DNA of 63,986 bases, the filler included, from a bacterium (GTDB lineage Bacteria > UBA9089 > CG2-30-40-21 > SBAY01), in the NCBI GenBank assembly GCA_040757115.1. It is 7 parts of 7 records of this genome, joined end to end, with 100 filler letters (N's around TTAATTAATTAA, not from the genome) between each part and the next. Parts side by side here need not be neighbours in the genome. Positions count along the whole stretch, not along the records: positions 39,259 to 48,886 come from JBFLYA010000142.1; positions 48,987 to 58,565 come from JBFLYA010000143.1; 5 more parts are not named here. One strand, 5' to 3'. The stretch's first letter is position 1; every line of letters starts with the position of its first letter. Position numbers and translations under genes: made by a program. Positions 41,589 to 52,043 of the stretch are shown in pieces. Under the pieces are notes generated by a model. It worked only from the letters and a program-made list of their open reading frames with translations. It was not told the origin of the DNA and did not search any database.

Positions 41589-44087
41589 CTATCTCATCGA
41601 GTCAACTATTTGTCTAATCCCAGTATCTTCCGGGTGGTATCTTAAATAGAGTTCAAATTCACTTTTTGCCTTCTGATATGAGGCAATTGCTTCATTAATT
41701 GGTCCTTTTACTCTTTTTGTTTCAGCATCTCTAAAATAAGCCGCGCCTAAATCCCGATGGACATCAATATTTTTAGGGTCTATTTTGACTATTTCTTCAA
41801 ATGCCTTTGCCGATTCCTCAAATTTTCCATAGTTAAAATAGACCTCACCTAATCTATGATGGGCATTAATTAATGTTGGGTCAATGGCTAGGGCAGATTT
41901 TAACCACTTAATTGCATTTTCATTGTCTTTTTTCCGGAAGTAAATATCGCCAATTGTTACTTGACATTGTCCCTCATTTGGTCTCATCTTCGCCACTGTT
42001 TTATATACCTCAATCGCCTTATCATACTCGTTATCTTTAGAATATAATGCACCTAAATTATTAAGCGGTTCAGCAAAGACAATATTATATTTTAATGCGG
42101 TTAGATAGGCATCAATCGCCTTTTGTTTGGCTGTTTTAGAACCGACATCGTATTCTAAGGCATAGGTAGCACCTAAAATATTATAAAAATAACCATCTTT
42201 GGGATTAACCTTAAAGGCATCTTTTATCCGATTATGTGTCTTATAAATCCATTCCTTTTTTAATTCTATTTGATTCATCGGAATAGAGGCGGCTTTTTTA
42301 TAATAGGTGTAGGTCAACTCACCATAGTAATGTCTTTCTCTGAAATTGAGTTGGGTGGCTTTTTCATACATCTTTAAAGCGGTATCTAAATCCTGGTCAT
42401 GGATTGCCTTCTCCCCTTTATTAAAATAACAATCTGCTCGATATGGGAAAAGAGAAAGGTAGGCTAATAAACATACCATAAATACAACTAAAGTAGATAG
42501 AGCGATTTGAGCAGGTGTAAATTGAATAGAGGCAGAAGTTTTTTTAGGTGTTTCCTGTTCTATTTTTTCCTGGCTAAGATTGGTATAGCCGCAAATGACC
42601 ATCGTCAACCCCATTAATGTCCAGAAAAAGGGTGTAAAAGAAATCACGGCAAAGGCAAATTGATTTTGAATAATATAGGAGACAAAGGCAGAGAAAAACC
42701 CAGCAATTAAGACTTTATCTGCTGGTGAGGGACTTTGTCTATATCCTTTAATTGCCAGATAACTAAAGGCAAGTATTAACCAGAAATAAATGGCTAATCC
42801 AACTAAACCTTTTGTCACGCCAGTATCGAATACTTCATTATGAGCCCTATCGTAATCAACATTTGCTCCTTCTAATTTTTCCATCCCCGGCAGTTCAAAA
42901 GCCGGATATACCCATTTCATCGTATCTACTCCTACCCCAAATACCAATCCACAAAAAGGAAAGGTGAGTGGGCCACGAATTGGGCCATCTTGAGGATAGC
43001 GTGCCATAATTATTGCTGAATTTCGCCAGATAAAATATCGAGAGCCAAGTGCTCCGACAAGTTTATTGGTTAACCAGCCTTCTTTTATCTGATTAGCCTT
43101 TTCTGGAGATGCGTCTTTGTCAATAAGTATTGTTTTGAGCTGTTCACCTTTTTCTTGCTGAGCTGATTTAAAAACATTAACTATTCGTTCGCCTAATGAA
43201 TTTGGTTGAAGGCAAAGATAAGTAGTCAGGATAAAAAATGATAGACCAAAAACAATTATCCTTTTTCGAGTATAAACAAGTGCCTTTTTAGCCCACAAAA
43301 TAGCAAAAATAATCATTCCGGCTACTAAACCAGTCAGAGGACCACGACTTTTGGCTATGAATAAGGATGCATACATTGTTATCAAGGCTATCCCAAATAT
43401 CCAGATTTTTATTGTTTCAATCCCTATTTTTTGCTCTCTAACGATTTTTTTCTTCTTATCTTTTTTCTTAGTAATGACTTTTTTAACCTCTTCTTTCAAG
43501 AAGAAGTATCCTAATGCCACCGGGATAAGCATTCCTAAATATGCCCCCAGAAATATAGGATTACCGAAAGTAGATACGGCTCTTTCTGAAACATCTGCGG
43601 CCCAGGAAATAGGGTCAAGTCCTGCCCGTTGAATGAATGTGTAAAAAGAGACAATAAATCCTATACCTATGTTGAGATAAACAGTTAGATGAAGTAATTT
43701 GCGATTATTATGTAATAAATTAGTCGCAGTGAAAAATAGCAGGACATAACTAATTGTTGTTGTCAACCCTTCATGTCTTTTGTAGGCACCGACTAAACTT
43801 GTAAATGGGTCAACAGAGCATATAGTTGAGGCAATACTGCTTAAAAGAAAGGCTAATACGGGTATATCTAATGGACTTCGCACAAAGTTAGATTCTCTGG
43901 TAAGAATTATTCGTAAAAGCCAGGCGCCAATTATCACTAAAGAAAATAGACGCAATAAAGTCATCTTTGGAACATCAAATACACCTCGACAATGAGTATC
44001 AAAATAAAGAGGAACCAGAGTGAGGAGTCCCAGGAAACTCCATTTGATTATTTTATTGCAAATATCGTCTATTTTTCTCTTATTCAT
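41589..44087 (-). CDS. O-antigen ligase (Wzy_C)-family membrane protein with C-terminal TPRs
   Basis: STFGNPIFLG, KSRG, R..IW, DRAHNE; TPR repeats; start placed at ATG 44087. Confidence 0.88.
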   Translation of the reverse strand: MNKRKIDDICNKIIKWSFLGLLTLVPLYFDTHCRGVFDVPKMTLLRLFSLVIIGAWLLRIILTRESNFVRSPLDIPVLAFLLSSIASTICSVDPFTSLVGAYKRHEGLTTTISYVLLFFTATNLLHNNRKLLHLTVYLNIGIGFIVSFYTFIQRAGLDPISWAADVSERAVSTFGNPIFLGAYLGMLIPVALGYFFLKEEVKKVITKKKDKKKKIVREQKIGIETIKIWIFGIALITMYASLFIAKSRGPLTGLVAGMIIFAILWAKKALVYTRKRIIVFGLSFFILTTYLCLQPNSLGERIVNVFKSAQQEKGEQLKTILIDKDASPEKANQIKEGWLTNKLVGALGSRYFIWRNSAIIMARYPQDGPIRGPLTFPFCGLVFGVGVDTMKWVYPAFELPGMEKLEGANVDYDRAHNEVFDTGVTKGLVGLAIYFWLILAFSYLAIKGYRQSPSPADKVLIAGFFSAFVSYIIQNQFAFAVISFTPFFWTLMGLTMVICGYTNLSQEKIEQETPKKTSASIQFTPAQIALSTLVVFMVCLLAYLSLFPYRADCYFNKGEKAIHDQDLDTALKMYEKATQLNFRERHYYGELTYTYYKKAASIPMNQIELKKEWIYKTHNRIKDAFKVNPKDGYFYNILGATYALEYDVGSKTAKQKAIDAYLTALKYNIVFAEPLNNLGALYSKDNEYDKAIEVYKTVAKMRPNEGQCQVTIGDIYFRKKDNENAIKWLKSALAIDPTLINAHHRLGEVYFNYGKFEESAKAFEEIVKIDPKNIDVHRDLGAAYFRDAETKRVKGPINEAIASYQKAKSEFELYLRYHPEDTGIRQIVDSMR

Positions 44088-44091
44088 CTTT

Positions 44092-44262
44092 TTCACCTGA
44101 AAATAGGAAGTAGAAAGTAGAGAGTAGAGAGTAGAAAGTAGAAAGTAAAAAAAACATCACTCCTCACGCCTATCTCCTTACCTCCCACCTTCTATCTCCT
44201 ACCTACTATCTATTTTCATCCTCCTTTGTGCCCACTCCCTGTGGGCATGCTCGTTTTTCCTG
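44092..44262 (-). mobile_element. Family C element
   Basis: Reverse complement reads caggaaaaacgagcatgcccac..gtgggcac..gatgaaaat...attttcaggtgaa. Confidence 0.75.
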
Positions 44263-44287
44263 CTGATACCTGATGGCTGAATGCTTA

Positions 44288-44611
44288 CTAAAGAAAACTA
44301 TCTATTTTCTTCTTCAACTCATTTTCTGAAATTAATCCTATTGTTTTATTAATTTCTTTGCCATCTTTAAAAAATATTAATGTCGGAATACTCATAATCA
44401 TATATTTTGTAGCAATGTTTGTGTTTTCATCGACATTCAATTTAGCGACTATTATTCTTCCTGCATATTCGTTAGCTACCTTTTCAATTATGGGTGTAAG
44501 TCTTTGGCAGGGACCACACCACTCTGCCCAAAAATCTATGACTAATAGTTCTCTGGACTTAAGCAATTCATCGAAATTACTATCCGTTGCGGTGACTAAA
44601 CCTTTTCCCAT
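44288..44611 (-). CDS. trxA: Thioredoxin
   Basis: DFWAEWCGPC, IMSIPT. Confidence 0.96.
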   Translation of the reverse strand: MGKGLVTATDSNFDELLKSRELLVIDFWAEWCGPCQRLTPIIEKVANEYAGRIIVAKLNVDENTNIATKYMIMSIPTLIFFKDGKEINKTIGLISENELKKKIDSFL

Positions 44612-44632
44612 TGTTTTTTACCTCCTGTTTTT

Positions 44633-45121
44633 TTATTTCCCACACTCTTCTACTTTGCCCTTTAAAACCTCAATTCCATGAGGGATGGCGGGTAAGATAA
44701 GTTCTAAACATTCCCGGACAGCTTTTGGGCTGCCTGGTAGATTAATAATCAAACTTTGTTTTCGGACACCCGCAATAGCCCTTGATAGAAGTGCGTGAGG
44801 ATTATATTTGAATCCTATCGTCCGCATTATTTCCCCAAAACCTAACACTTCTTTTTCAATTACCTCGCTGGTAGCCTCTGGAGTTACATCTCGTGGAGAT
44901 AATCCAGTTCCACCCGTAGTCAATACCATTTCACAACCTGCCTGGTCTATCAAACTTTTTAAACTATCAATAATCACCTCTTTTTCATCCGGGATGATTT
45001 TATATTCAATTACCTCTCCATTTAATCTTGCGATAATTTCAGCAATTACTTTTCCGCTTTTATCTTTCCGTTCTCCTTTAGCCCCTTTATCGCTAATAGT
45101 CAAAATGCCAACTTTAATCAT
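44633..45121 (-). CDS. mog: Molybdopterin adenylyltransferase (MogA/MoaB family)
   Basis: ILTISD, TTGGTGLSPRDVTPEAT, NLPGSPKAV. Confidence 0.92.
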   Translation of the reverse strand: MIKVGILTISDKGAKGERKDKSGKVIAEIIARLNGEVIEYKIIPDEKEVIIDSLKSLIDQAGCEMVLTTGGTGLSPRDVTPEATSEVIEKEVLGFGEIMRTIGFKYNPHALLSRAIAGVRKQSLIINLPGSPKAVRECLELILPAIPHGIEVLKGKVEECGK

Positions 45122-45145
45122 TTTTTTGTCCTCAATTTAACCACG

Positions 45146-45371
45146 CAGGTGGTAATTTACCGCAGAGACGCAGAGGAACAGAGAAATAAATTAGATAACA
45201 GAAAAGATTATTGAGGCAATCATTCTCCTACATCGGACATCAAAATCAAATTGTTAATCAATTATGATATGTCGGTTCTCAAAAGCTTGCACTGATGAAA
45301 ATCCGTGATGGAATTCTGCGTCTCGTCCATAGTTTTAATTTTTTCTCTGCGTCTCTGCGGTGAACGATTAC
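45146..45371 (+). mobile_element. Element with a deleted GxxExxY remnant between accgcagagacgcagag inverted arms
   Basis: EIN*ITEKIIEA...LLINYDMSVLK..DGILRLVHSF*; same family as 41125-41418. Confidence 0.7.
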
Positions 45372-45719
45372 TAATTGTTCATCCTTTTCTTTTATGATTG
45401 AGCATAAATAATCAAAAATATTCTGAAGATCTTGACTCAATCTTTCTCCTTTAAAGTCATAATAAAGGTCAACGATTGCCATTCTAATATCTTCAACAGC
45501 TTCATATTCACTTTCTCCACAGCCATAAACATCTAAATCTGGGGTATAGGTAATAAACTGATAGCCATCATACTCTAAAGATACGGGAATGGAAGCACAT
45601 AGGTGGAGAGCGGGATGATGAAGGCTGTTTATAAACAATACCTTTTTCTTTTCTATATTTTTGATAATCTCCTTTAACCCTTTAATCTCTAAACTAACCT
45701 CTTTTTCTAAAATAGCCAT
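45279..45719 (-). CDS. Hypothetical protein, possible HicB-like fold; C-terminus reads into the element
   Basis: FITYTPDLDVYGCGESEYEAVEDI pattern; GGAG RBS. Confidence 0.5.
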   Translation of the reverse strand: MAILEKEVSLEIKGLKEIIKNIEKKKVLFINSLHHPALHLCASIPVSLEYDGYQFITYTPDLDVYGCGESEYEAVEDIRMAIVDLYYDFKGERLSQDLQNIFDYLCSIIKEKDEQLVIVHRRDAEKKLKLWTRRRIPSRIFISASF

Positions 45720-45757
45720 TTTTATATCTCCTATGAATTAATCTGTGACTACATAAT

Positions 45758-47062
45758 TCATTCCATTGCTCTCAATTTATCCAATCTTTCCTTAATCTTT
45801 GCCTCATATCCTTGATTTGTAGGTTGATAATAGGTTTTGTTTTTATCAGGGATATACTTTTGTTGAACAAAGTGGTCTTTAAAGTTATGTGGATATTTAT
45901 AATCTATGCCATAGCCTAATTTTTTCGCCCCTTTGTAATGTGTATCACGGAGGGGTTTTGGGACTTCCTTTGTTTTTTCTGTGGTTACATCCTTCATTGC
46001 TGCCTCAATGCCAAGATAAGCGGCATTGCTTTTCGGGGCAGAGGCAATGTAAGTAACCGCCTGGGCTAAAGGGATTTTAGCCTCTGGCATTCCAATAAAT
46101 TCTAATGCTTGAAATGCGGCTGTTGCCACGACCAATGCCTGTGGGTCGGCATTCCCCACATCTTCAGCCGCACAAATCAGTATTCTCCGGGCAATAAATC
46201 GTGGGTCTTCTCCAGCATAAATCATCTTCGCTAACCAATACAAAGCCGCATCCGGGTCACTACCACGCATACTCTTAATAAAAGCTGAGATAGTATCGTA
46301 ATGTGCATCACCATCCTGGTCATAAACAACAGATTTTTGTTGAATAGACTCCTCAGATACCTTCAAGGTAAAATAAATCTTACTGTTTTTAGGTGGTGTA
46401 GTTAAAACGCCAATTTCTAAGGCATTTAGTGCCCGTCTGGCATCTCCATCTGAAATTTTTATCAAGTGCTCTAATGCTTTCTTATCCATTATCACTTCAT
46501 ACTTCCCTAATCCTCTTTCTTTATCTTTAAGGCTATTGATTAAAATCGTTTCTATTTCTTGTGAATTTAGTGGATTAAGTTGAAAAATCTGAGCTCGAGA
46601 TAAAATTGGTGAACTAATCGTAAAAAATGGATTTTGTGTTGTGGTGCCAATTAATGAAATATTCCCTTCTTCTACATCTGGTAATAGGGCATCTTGTTGA
46701 GGCTTATTAAATCGGTGAATTTCTTCGATGAGCAAGATGGTCTTTTTTGCCTCAAATCTTTTGCGGTCTTGTGCTTGTTGAAGAAATTGACGGACCTCAA
46801 CCACACCAGAAGTAACCGCATTTAATCTCTCAAAGTAAGAATTAGTCGTATTGGCTATAACTTGAGCCAGGGCTGTTTTCCCACAACCAGGTGGTCCATA
46901 AAGTATGATCGAGGTTATGCGGTCAGATTCAATTGCCCGTCTGAGTAATTTCCCTTCGCCTATGATATGTTGTTGTCCGACAAATTCAGTTAAATTTCTC
47001 GGTCGCATCCGCACCGCTAACGGTTGGTTAATTTTTTGTCTTTGTTCATCAAATAATTCCAT
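45758..47062 (-). CDS. rarA: Replication-associated recombination protein A
   Basis: PLAVRMRP, GPPGCGKT, HRFNKPQQD, SAFIKSMRGSDPDA. Confidence 0.96.
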   Translation of the reverse strand: MELFDEQRQKINQPLAVRMRPRNLTEFVGQQHIIGEGKLLRRAIESDRITSIILYGPPGCGKTALAQVIANTTNSYFERLNAVTSGVVEVRQFLQQAQDRKRFEAKKTILLIEEIHRFNKPQQDALLPDVEEGNISLIGTTTQNPFFTISSPILSRAQIFQLNPLNSQEIETILINSLKDKERGLGKYEVIMDKKALEHLIKISDGDARRALNALEIGVLTTPPKNSKIYFTLKVSEESIQQKSVVYDQDGDAHYDTISAFIKSMRGSDPDAALYWLAKMIYAGEDPRFIARRILICAAEDVGNADPQALVVATAAFQALEFIGMPEAKIPLAQAVTYIASAPKSNAAYLGIEAAMKDVTTEKTKEVPKPLRDTHYKGAKKLGYGIDYKYPHNFKDHFVQQKYIPDKNKTYYQPTNQGYEAKIKERLDKLRAME

Positions 47063-47142
47063 CTTTTACCCAATTTTCTACTTTTAACCCTGCTATCCGT
47101 CCAAAGTGATTTATATTATTGGTGATTTTCACTCTTTCAATT

Positions 47143-47514
47143 TTATTCCACAAGTCTGATTTTACCTATTAGAATCTTTTTTGCCTTTCTTTTGCCATAA
47201 ATAAATTCTTTCTCTTTACCAGCTATCTCTACTTTTTTTCCAACAAATTCCTGTAAGTCTATCTCATTATTCACTGGTGAGTGAAGTTGATAGCGTGTGT
47301 ACCATAGTTCTAAGAAATAGCGATGGTATTCTTCTTTTGACTTACTCCATTTTTTCTTCCCTTTGTCATAGATAGTCCCGATATAGTTTTTTTCCAGTGC
47401 ATTGTATTTTTGATAAGACGCCTCTTCATTCAATATATTCATCCACTCGCTTTTCGGTTTAATCGCACAAGATGATAATAAACCTATAAGCACAATAGGT
47501 AGCAAATATTTCAT
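47143..47514 (-). CDS. Hypothetical lipoprotein
   Basis: Lipobox LSSC after a hydrophobic leader. Confidence 0.65.
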   Translation of the reverse strand: MKYLLPIVLIGLLSSCAIKPKSEWMNILNEEASYQKYNALEKNYIGTIYDKGKKKWSKSKEEYHRYFLELWYTRYQLHSPVNNEIDLQEFVGKKVEIAGKEKEFIYGKRKAKKILIGKIRLVE

Positions 47515-47524
47515 TTTTTATACC

Positions 47525-47941
47525 TTATAGTTCTTTTAGTTTTTTAGGCTCAGTCGCGATAGCGATTTTTTCTGCACCCGCAATTTTGGCTAAATCCATT
47601 ATCTTCACTGCGTTGCCTAATAGAACATCCTGGTCTCCATTAATGATGACGAATTTATCTTTTTCTGTCTCAAGTTTTTCTTTAAGGTAGTTAAGTAAAT
47701 TTTCAGCGGAGATTTCTTCTTTACCGACATATATTTTATTTTCTTTTGTGACGGTGATGATAATTCCTTCAGATTGAGCCTCAGTAACGGTTGATGAAGG
47801 CAATTTAACCTTTACACCCGATTGAATAAGTAGAGGTGTTGCAATCATAAAGATAACCAGAAGAACTAAAAACACATCTGTTAGTGGGGTAATATTTATC
47901 TCCCACATCACATCGTCTCTTTTAATATCCCCTTCATGCAT
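47525..47941 (-). CDS. exbD: Biopolymer transport protein ExbD/TolR
   Basis: EINITPLTDVFLVLLVIFMI, INGD..IMD; upstream 29 codons of the listed ORF are repeat-derived. Confidence 0.9.
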   Translation of the reverse strand: MHEGDIKRDDVMWEINITPLTDVFLVLLVIFMIATPLLIQSGVKVKLPSSTVTEAQSEGIIITVTKENKIYVGKEEISAENLLNYLKEKLETEKDKFVIINGDQDVLLGNAVKIMDLAKIAGAEKIAIATEPKKLKEL

Positions 47942-47945
47942 TGTT

Positions 47946-48216
<271 letters not shown>

Positions 48217-48361
48217 TAGTTTTGGTAATTGGTAACTGATAATAAAGGGTAATTAGTTATTAATTACCAGTTACCTGCTTTTAATTTCGTCAAACCTTAT
48301 ATAGAATACAATAATCTGGTTTAAAAGTCAATGTTTTTTTACAAAAAAATAAAAAAAGTTA

Positions 48362-48389
48362 TTGACATTTTTGCGGGGGAGGGTATAAT
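48362..48389 (+). promoter_or_regulatory. Sigma70 promoter pointing to the contig end
   Basis: TTGACA-N16-TATAAT. Confidence 0.6.
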
Positions 48390-48563
48390 TAAATGCAGGA
48401 TGGTAAGAAAAGCGACCTTTGCGACCTTGCGAGAGAAAGATGATGGGGTCAGACCTAAACGGTAACTAATTATTCACCATTCACCATTCACAATTTCTTC
48501 CCTAAATTTCCTTAATAATGGTGAATTGTCAATTGTGAATTGTGAATTATCACTCTTCACGGT

Positions 48564-48680
48564 GTCAAGCAAACCTGGCCCAAGAGTTCGATGCACCGCT
48601 ATAGCGCATCCAATGACTCTATTCGATAATTCATCAAATTTCACTTCGTGCTCTCCGTACCCTTCGTGGTGAATAGTTAC
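48564..48680 (-). pseudogene. GxxExxY N-terminal remnant with a GTAACTATTCA terminus
   Basis: GTG 48644: MKFDELSNRVIGCAIAVHRTLGPGLL; preceded by gtaactattcaccacgaag..cacgaag. Confidence 0.8.
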
Positions 48681-48696
48681 AATGGTAAAATATTTA

Positions 48697-48886
48697 GTAA
48701 GCGTTCAGGTGGTGTAACAAAAGGAGATGTGGAGATTAAGGAGATAGGGAGATATTATTAAAAAAAATTGAAATTAATAGAAACTAATAGAAATTTATGG
48801 AAATTTGTTGTTTTCCACAATCAATTTCTACCTATTTCTATAAATTTCAATCTATTTCTATTATCTTATCTCCATATCACTCTTAT
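48697..48886. mobile_element. MITE family A (cut by the gap)
   Basis: Matches the 26538 copy. Confidence 0.85.
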
Positions 48887-48986
48887 NNNNNNNNNNNNNN
48901 NNNNNNNNNNNNNNNNNNNNNNNNNNNNNNTTAATTAATTAANNNNNNNNNNNNNNNNNNNNNNNNNNNNNNNNNNNNNNNNNNNN
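48887..48986. other. Artificial contig spacer
   Basis: N-run, TTAATTAATTAA, N-run. Confidence 0.99.
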
Positions 48987-49470
48987 GTGCGGTTAAATGT
49001 AAAATGAAAAATGTAAAATGTATAACTGAAAGGTAATGAGTCTTGCGAAGGAGTGAAATTTCCCATTTTTCATTTCCTATTTTACATTTTACATTTATTT
49101 TTCCTTTGCGTCTTGGCGATGAATTAGTCTAATCGCACAGGTGGGGATTTTTCCGTGTTTCATCCGTGTCCATCTGTGGCTGAACGGTTACCGATTTGGT
49201 TTATAATTCTTCGTGCCCTTCGTGTTCTTCGTGGTTTTTAAAGATGTGAGGAAGGTTAATCTAACCGCACAGGTGGAAATTTTTTCCCTTATTTCCCTTT
49301 GCGTTCTTTGCGTGCTTGGCGTGAAACTTCCTTTCTCCTGAAAATAGGCTGAAGGCGAAAGGTTTAAGGCTGAAGATTTTTTATCCTATATCCTTCAGCC
49401 TATAGCCTATTTTTCATCGCTCTGTCCTCCGCAGGTTAATGTTCATTCCCCCAAATGATTGAACCATTAC
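48987..49470. mobile_element. Stack of element ends (families D, A-like, D, C, E)
   Basis: Family D body to 49144, ctgaacggttac at about 49191, cgcacaggtgg at about 49276, family C at about 49333-49452, family E end at 49470. Confidence 0.75.
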
Positions 49471-49886
49471 TAAAATAGTATTTCTACTGCTTGATAAGGA
49501 CATGCCTTCAGGCAGAGCCCACACAGGATACAGTGTTCAGCCTCAAATGAGACTTCCATCTTTTCCCGGTTAACTCTTAAAGCCTCAGAAGGACACAAAG
49601 GAATACAGGCAGTACAATGAGTACATTTCCCCTCATTCCATCGAACATCCTGAGCTAAGGGTTGGATAGTTACTCCTAATTCTTTAAGATAGTCCATTCC
49701 TTTATGAAATTCGTCTTTTTGCCCGCTTATTTCCATGACTAATCTTCCTTCTTCATCAGGATTAACCTTAGCACTAAGAATATTAACCATCAAATCATAG
49801 TTTTTGATTAATCGGTAAGTAATTGGTTGTTCAACAGTTTGTTTGGGAAAGGTTAACACAATTCGCTTTTTAATCATACTTTTCAC
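49470..49886 (-). CDS. NIL domain plus 2x[4Fe-4S] ferredoxin protein
   Basis: QPITYRLIKNYDLMVNILSA (NIL); two CxxCxxCxxxCP motifs. Confidence 0.88.
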   Translation of the reverse strand: MKSMIKKRIVLTFPKQTVEQPITYRLIKNYDLMVNILSAKVNPDEEGRLVMEISGQKDEFHKGMDYLKELGVTIQPLAQDVRWNEGKCTHCTACIPLCPSEALRVNREKMEVSFEAEHCILCGLCLKACPYQAVEILF

Positions 49887-49918
49887 CTCCTATTCCATTT
49901 CCTGCTATTCCATTTCCT

Positions 49919-50157
49919 GTAACTGTTCAGGATATAGCCACAGAGTCACAGAGAACACAGAGGGAATATATAACTACGAATGAACACAAATACAAAAAAA
50001 TTGTAGTACGAGGCTTTAGCCTCGCTTCTGGCAAGCCAAAAGGCGAACCTAAAGATTCGCACTACATTTATGGGATGTCAGAGGTTAATTCGTGTGCATT
50101 TGTGGTTAATTTCCTTAATTCTCTGTGAACTCTGTGCCTCTGTGGCTGAACGGTTAC
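49919..50157. mobile_element. Composite GTAAC-ended MITE: (cacagag)n arms, then (cacgaa)n arms, then a central REP doublet
   Basis: Termini gtaactgttcag / ctgaacggttac; homologous to 51651-52043. Confidence 0.8.
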
Positions 50158-50245
50158 GATTTCTCCTATTTTTTACTTTCTCCTCCGTTTTATCCATACT
50201 AATCCGTGTTAATCAGTGGCTGAATAGTTACTAAAACTTATGAAT

Positions 50246-50773
50246 TTATCTGGGTAAATAATCGCTATTTCTTTTAATAACGCTTTTTAAAGTAGCTATC
50301 TTTAATCTTAAATCCGAACTATCTATCTGGTGATTAGCTATCATCTTTTTTACTTCACTAATAGCATCTTCGATTAAACTAACTGGCATAAAATTACAAA
50401 CCAGGCAATAAAAATTTATTGAGTAACCATCATCATAATTATCTAATAGATATTTTAAGAGTGAGTGTTTTCCCTTTTGTTCTTTAAGCATAAATTCTAT
50501 CCCAATCTCTTTAATTCTATCCAGATTAGGTCTTCTTAGTTTATGAAACCTTTGACCTGGTAATGGTAATAATCTTTCACAGGGATATTCTTCACAATCA
50601 GCACAGGTTACAAGATACTTTTGTAGAACGCAACATTGAAATATTCCACACCAGGTATTCGTCTCAATCAATTTACAACCGGGGCATTTATTCCTATCTT
50701 TAGTGTGAAATCTTGGGCAAAGATAACAATCTAATCCACAGGCACCAATAAGTTTTTGTTCTTCTCTATCCAT
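50246..50773 (-). CDS. DUF3795-like cysteine-rich protein
   Basis: GACGLDCYLCP..CPGC..C...CC......CADCEEYPC. Confidence 0.75.
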   Translation of the reverse strand: MDREEQKLIGACGLDCYLCPRFHTKDRNKCPGCKLIETNTWCGIFQCCVLQKYLVTCADCEEYPCERLLPLPGQRFHKLRRPNLDRIKEIGIEFMLKEQKGKHSLLKYLLDNYDDGYSINFYCLVCNFMPVSLIEDAISEVKKMIANHQIDSSDLRLKIATLKSVIKRNSDYLPR

Positions 50774-50801
50774 AATTATCGCCTTTGCATCAAGTTAATA
50801 G

Positions 50802-51048
50802 GGACGCAGATTTGCGCAGATTATCAGGATAATAAAAACTAAATAATCTGCGAATATCTTTATAAAATCTGGAGTTATGCCTTTTGTTTAACTTTGGGAT
50901 TATGTCCGAAATTAAATAATTGTGCAAGTTCAATCTATCGCTTTAAGATAATTTAGAAGTTGTACCTCAAGTTCATCAGCAAGGCATTTTATGATTCTTG
51001 GTCAAATTTTATGTTTAAAATCTTAAAAATCTGCGTTCATCTGCGTCC
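50802..51048 (-). pseudogene. GxxExxY C-terminal remnant between inverted (acgcagat)n/(atctgcgt)n arrays
   Basis: About 50875-50992: IKCLADELEVQLLNYLKA, frameshift, ELAQLFNFGHNPKVKQKA*. Confidence 0.75.
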
Positions 51049-51079
51049 AACAAAAAGGAAATTCCTATACGATTAAATC

Positions 51080-51634
51080 TTACGGCTGATACCCGAATGC
51101 TGACAGTTGTAGCTGTTTATTCAGATAAATAACTACTACGCCATTGAAAAAACCAGTGACTAACGAAGACAAAAGGAATAGAGGCACAAGATAAAAACAA
51201 CCCGAATGTTTGATTAAAATAAAATAGGCAACGACAATTTGAGTTAAATTATTAGCCACAGCACCAATAATACTTATCCCAATGAAACTAAATATCTTTT
51301 TACCGACCTTGTAAAATATCGCCATCACTATGGCTGAAATCACTCCACCGCTAAATCCTAAAATAAACGCTGGAGAAAATAAACTGCCTCTTAACAAACT
51401 GCTTAAAACACTTCGTAGTCCTGCTACAACCACGCCTCCTTTGATGCCAAATAAGATTATGGCGATTAAAGTTACGATATTAGCTAATCCAATCCTTAGC
51501 CAGGGGAACATCGGTGGCAGGTAGGTATTTTCTAAAGTATTTAATACCGTAGCCAATGAGACTAAAACGGCTATTTGGGCTAATTTTTTGGTTCTGGATA
51601 TAAGGTATAGTTGTTCGTTGTTCAATCTCTTCAT
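51080..51634 (-). CDS. Gx transporter / heptaprenyl diphosphate synthase component I family
   Basis: P.FPWLRIGLANIV, GISIIGAVANNLTQ; downstream of apbE. Confidence 0.85.
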   Translation of the reverse strand: MKRLNNEQLYLISRTKKLAQIAVLVSLATVLNTLENTYLPPMFPWLRIGLANIVTLIAIILFGIKGGVVVAGLRSVLSSLLRGSLFSPAFILGFSGGVISAIVMAIFYKVGKKIFSFIGISIIGAVANNLTQIVVAYFILIKHSGCFYLVPLFLLSSLVTGFFNGVVVIYLNKQLQLSAFGYQP

Positions 51635-51650
51635 TCTTCACTCCTTAGTT

Positions 51651-52043
51651 GTAACCGTTCAGGGATATAACCACAGAGTCACAGAGAACACAGAGGGAAT
51701 ATATAACCACGAATGAACACGGATAATAAAAAGATTCGACCTGTGCGGTTAAATGTAAAATGGATAACTGAAAGGTAATGAGTTTTGCGAAGTCCTAAAA
51801 TTTCCCATTTTTCATTTCCTATTTTACATTTTACATTTATTTTTCCTTTGCGTCTCTGCGATGAATTAGTCTAATCGCACAGGTGGGAAAGATTTGTAGT
51901 GCGAGGCTTTAGCCTCGCTTCTGGCAAGCAGGAAAGCGAACCTAAAGGTTCGCACTACATTTATCGAATGGCACAGGTTAATTCGTGTCCATTTGTGGCT
52001 AATTTCTCTAATTCTCTGTGAACTCTGTGCCTCTGTGGCTGAA
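51651..52043. mobile_element. Composite MITE with a nested family D copy at 51737-51886
   Basis: Same as 49919-50157 plus a family D insert flanked by aaaagatt / gaaagatt. Confidence 0.82.
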
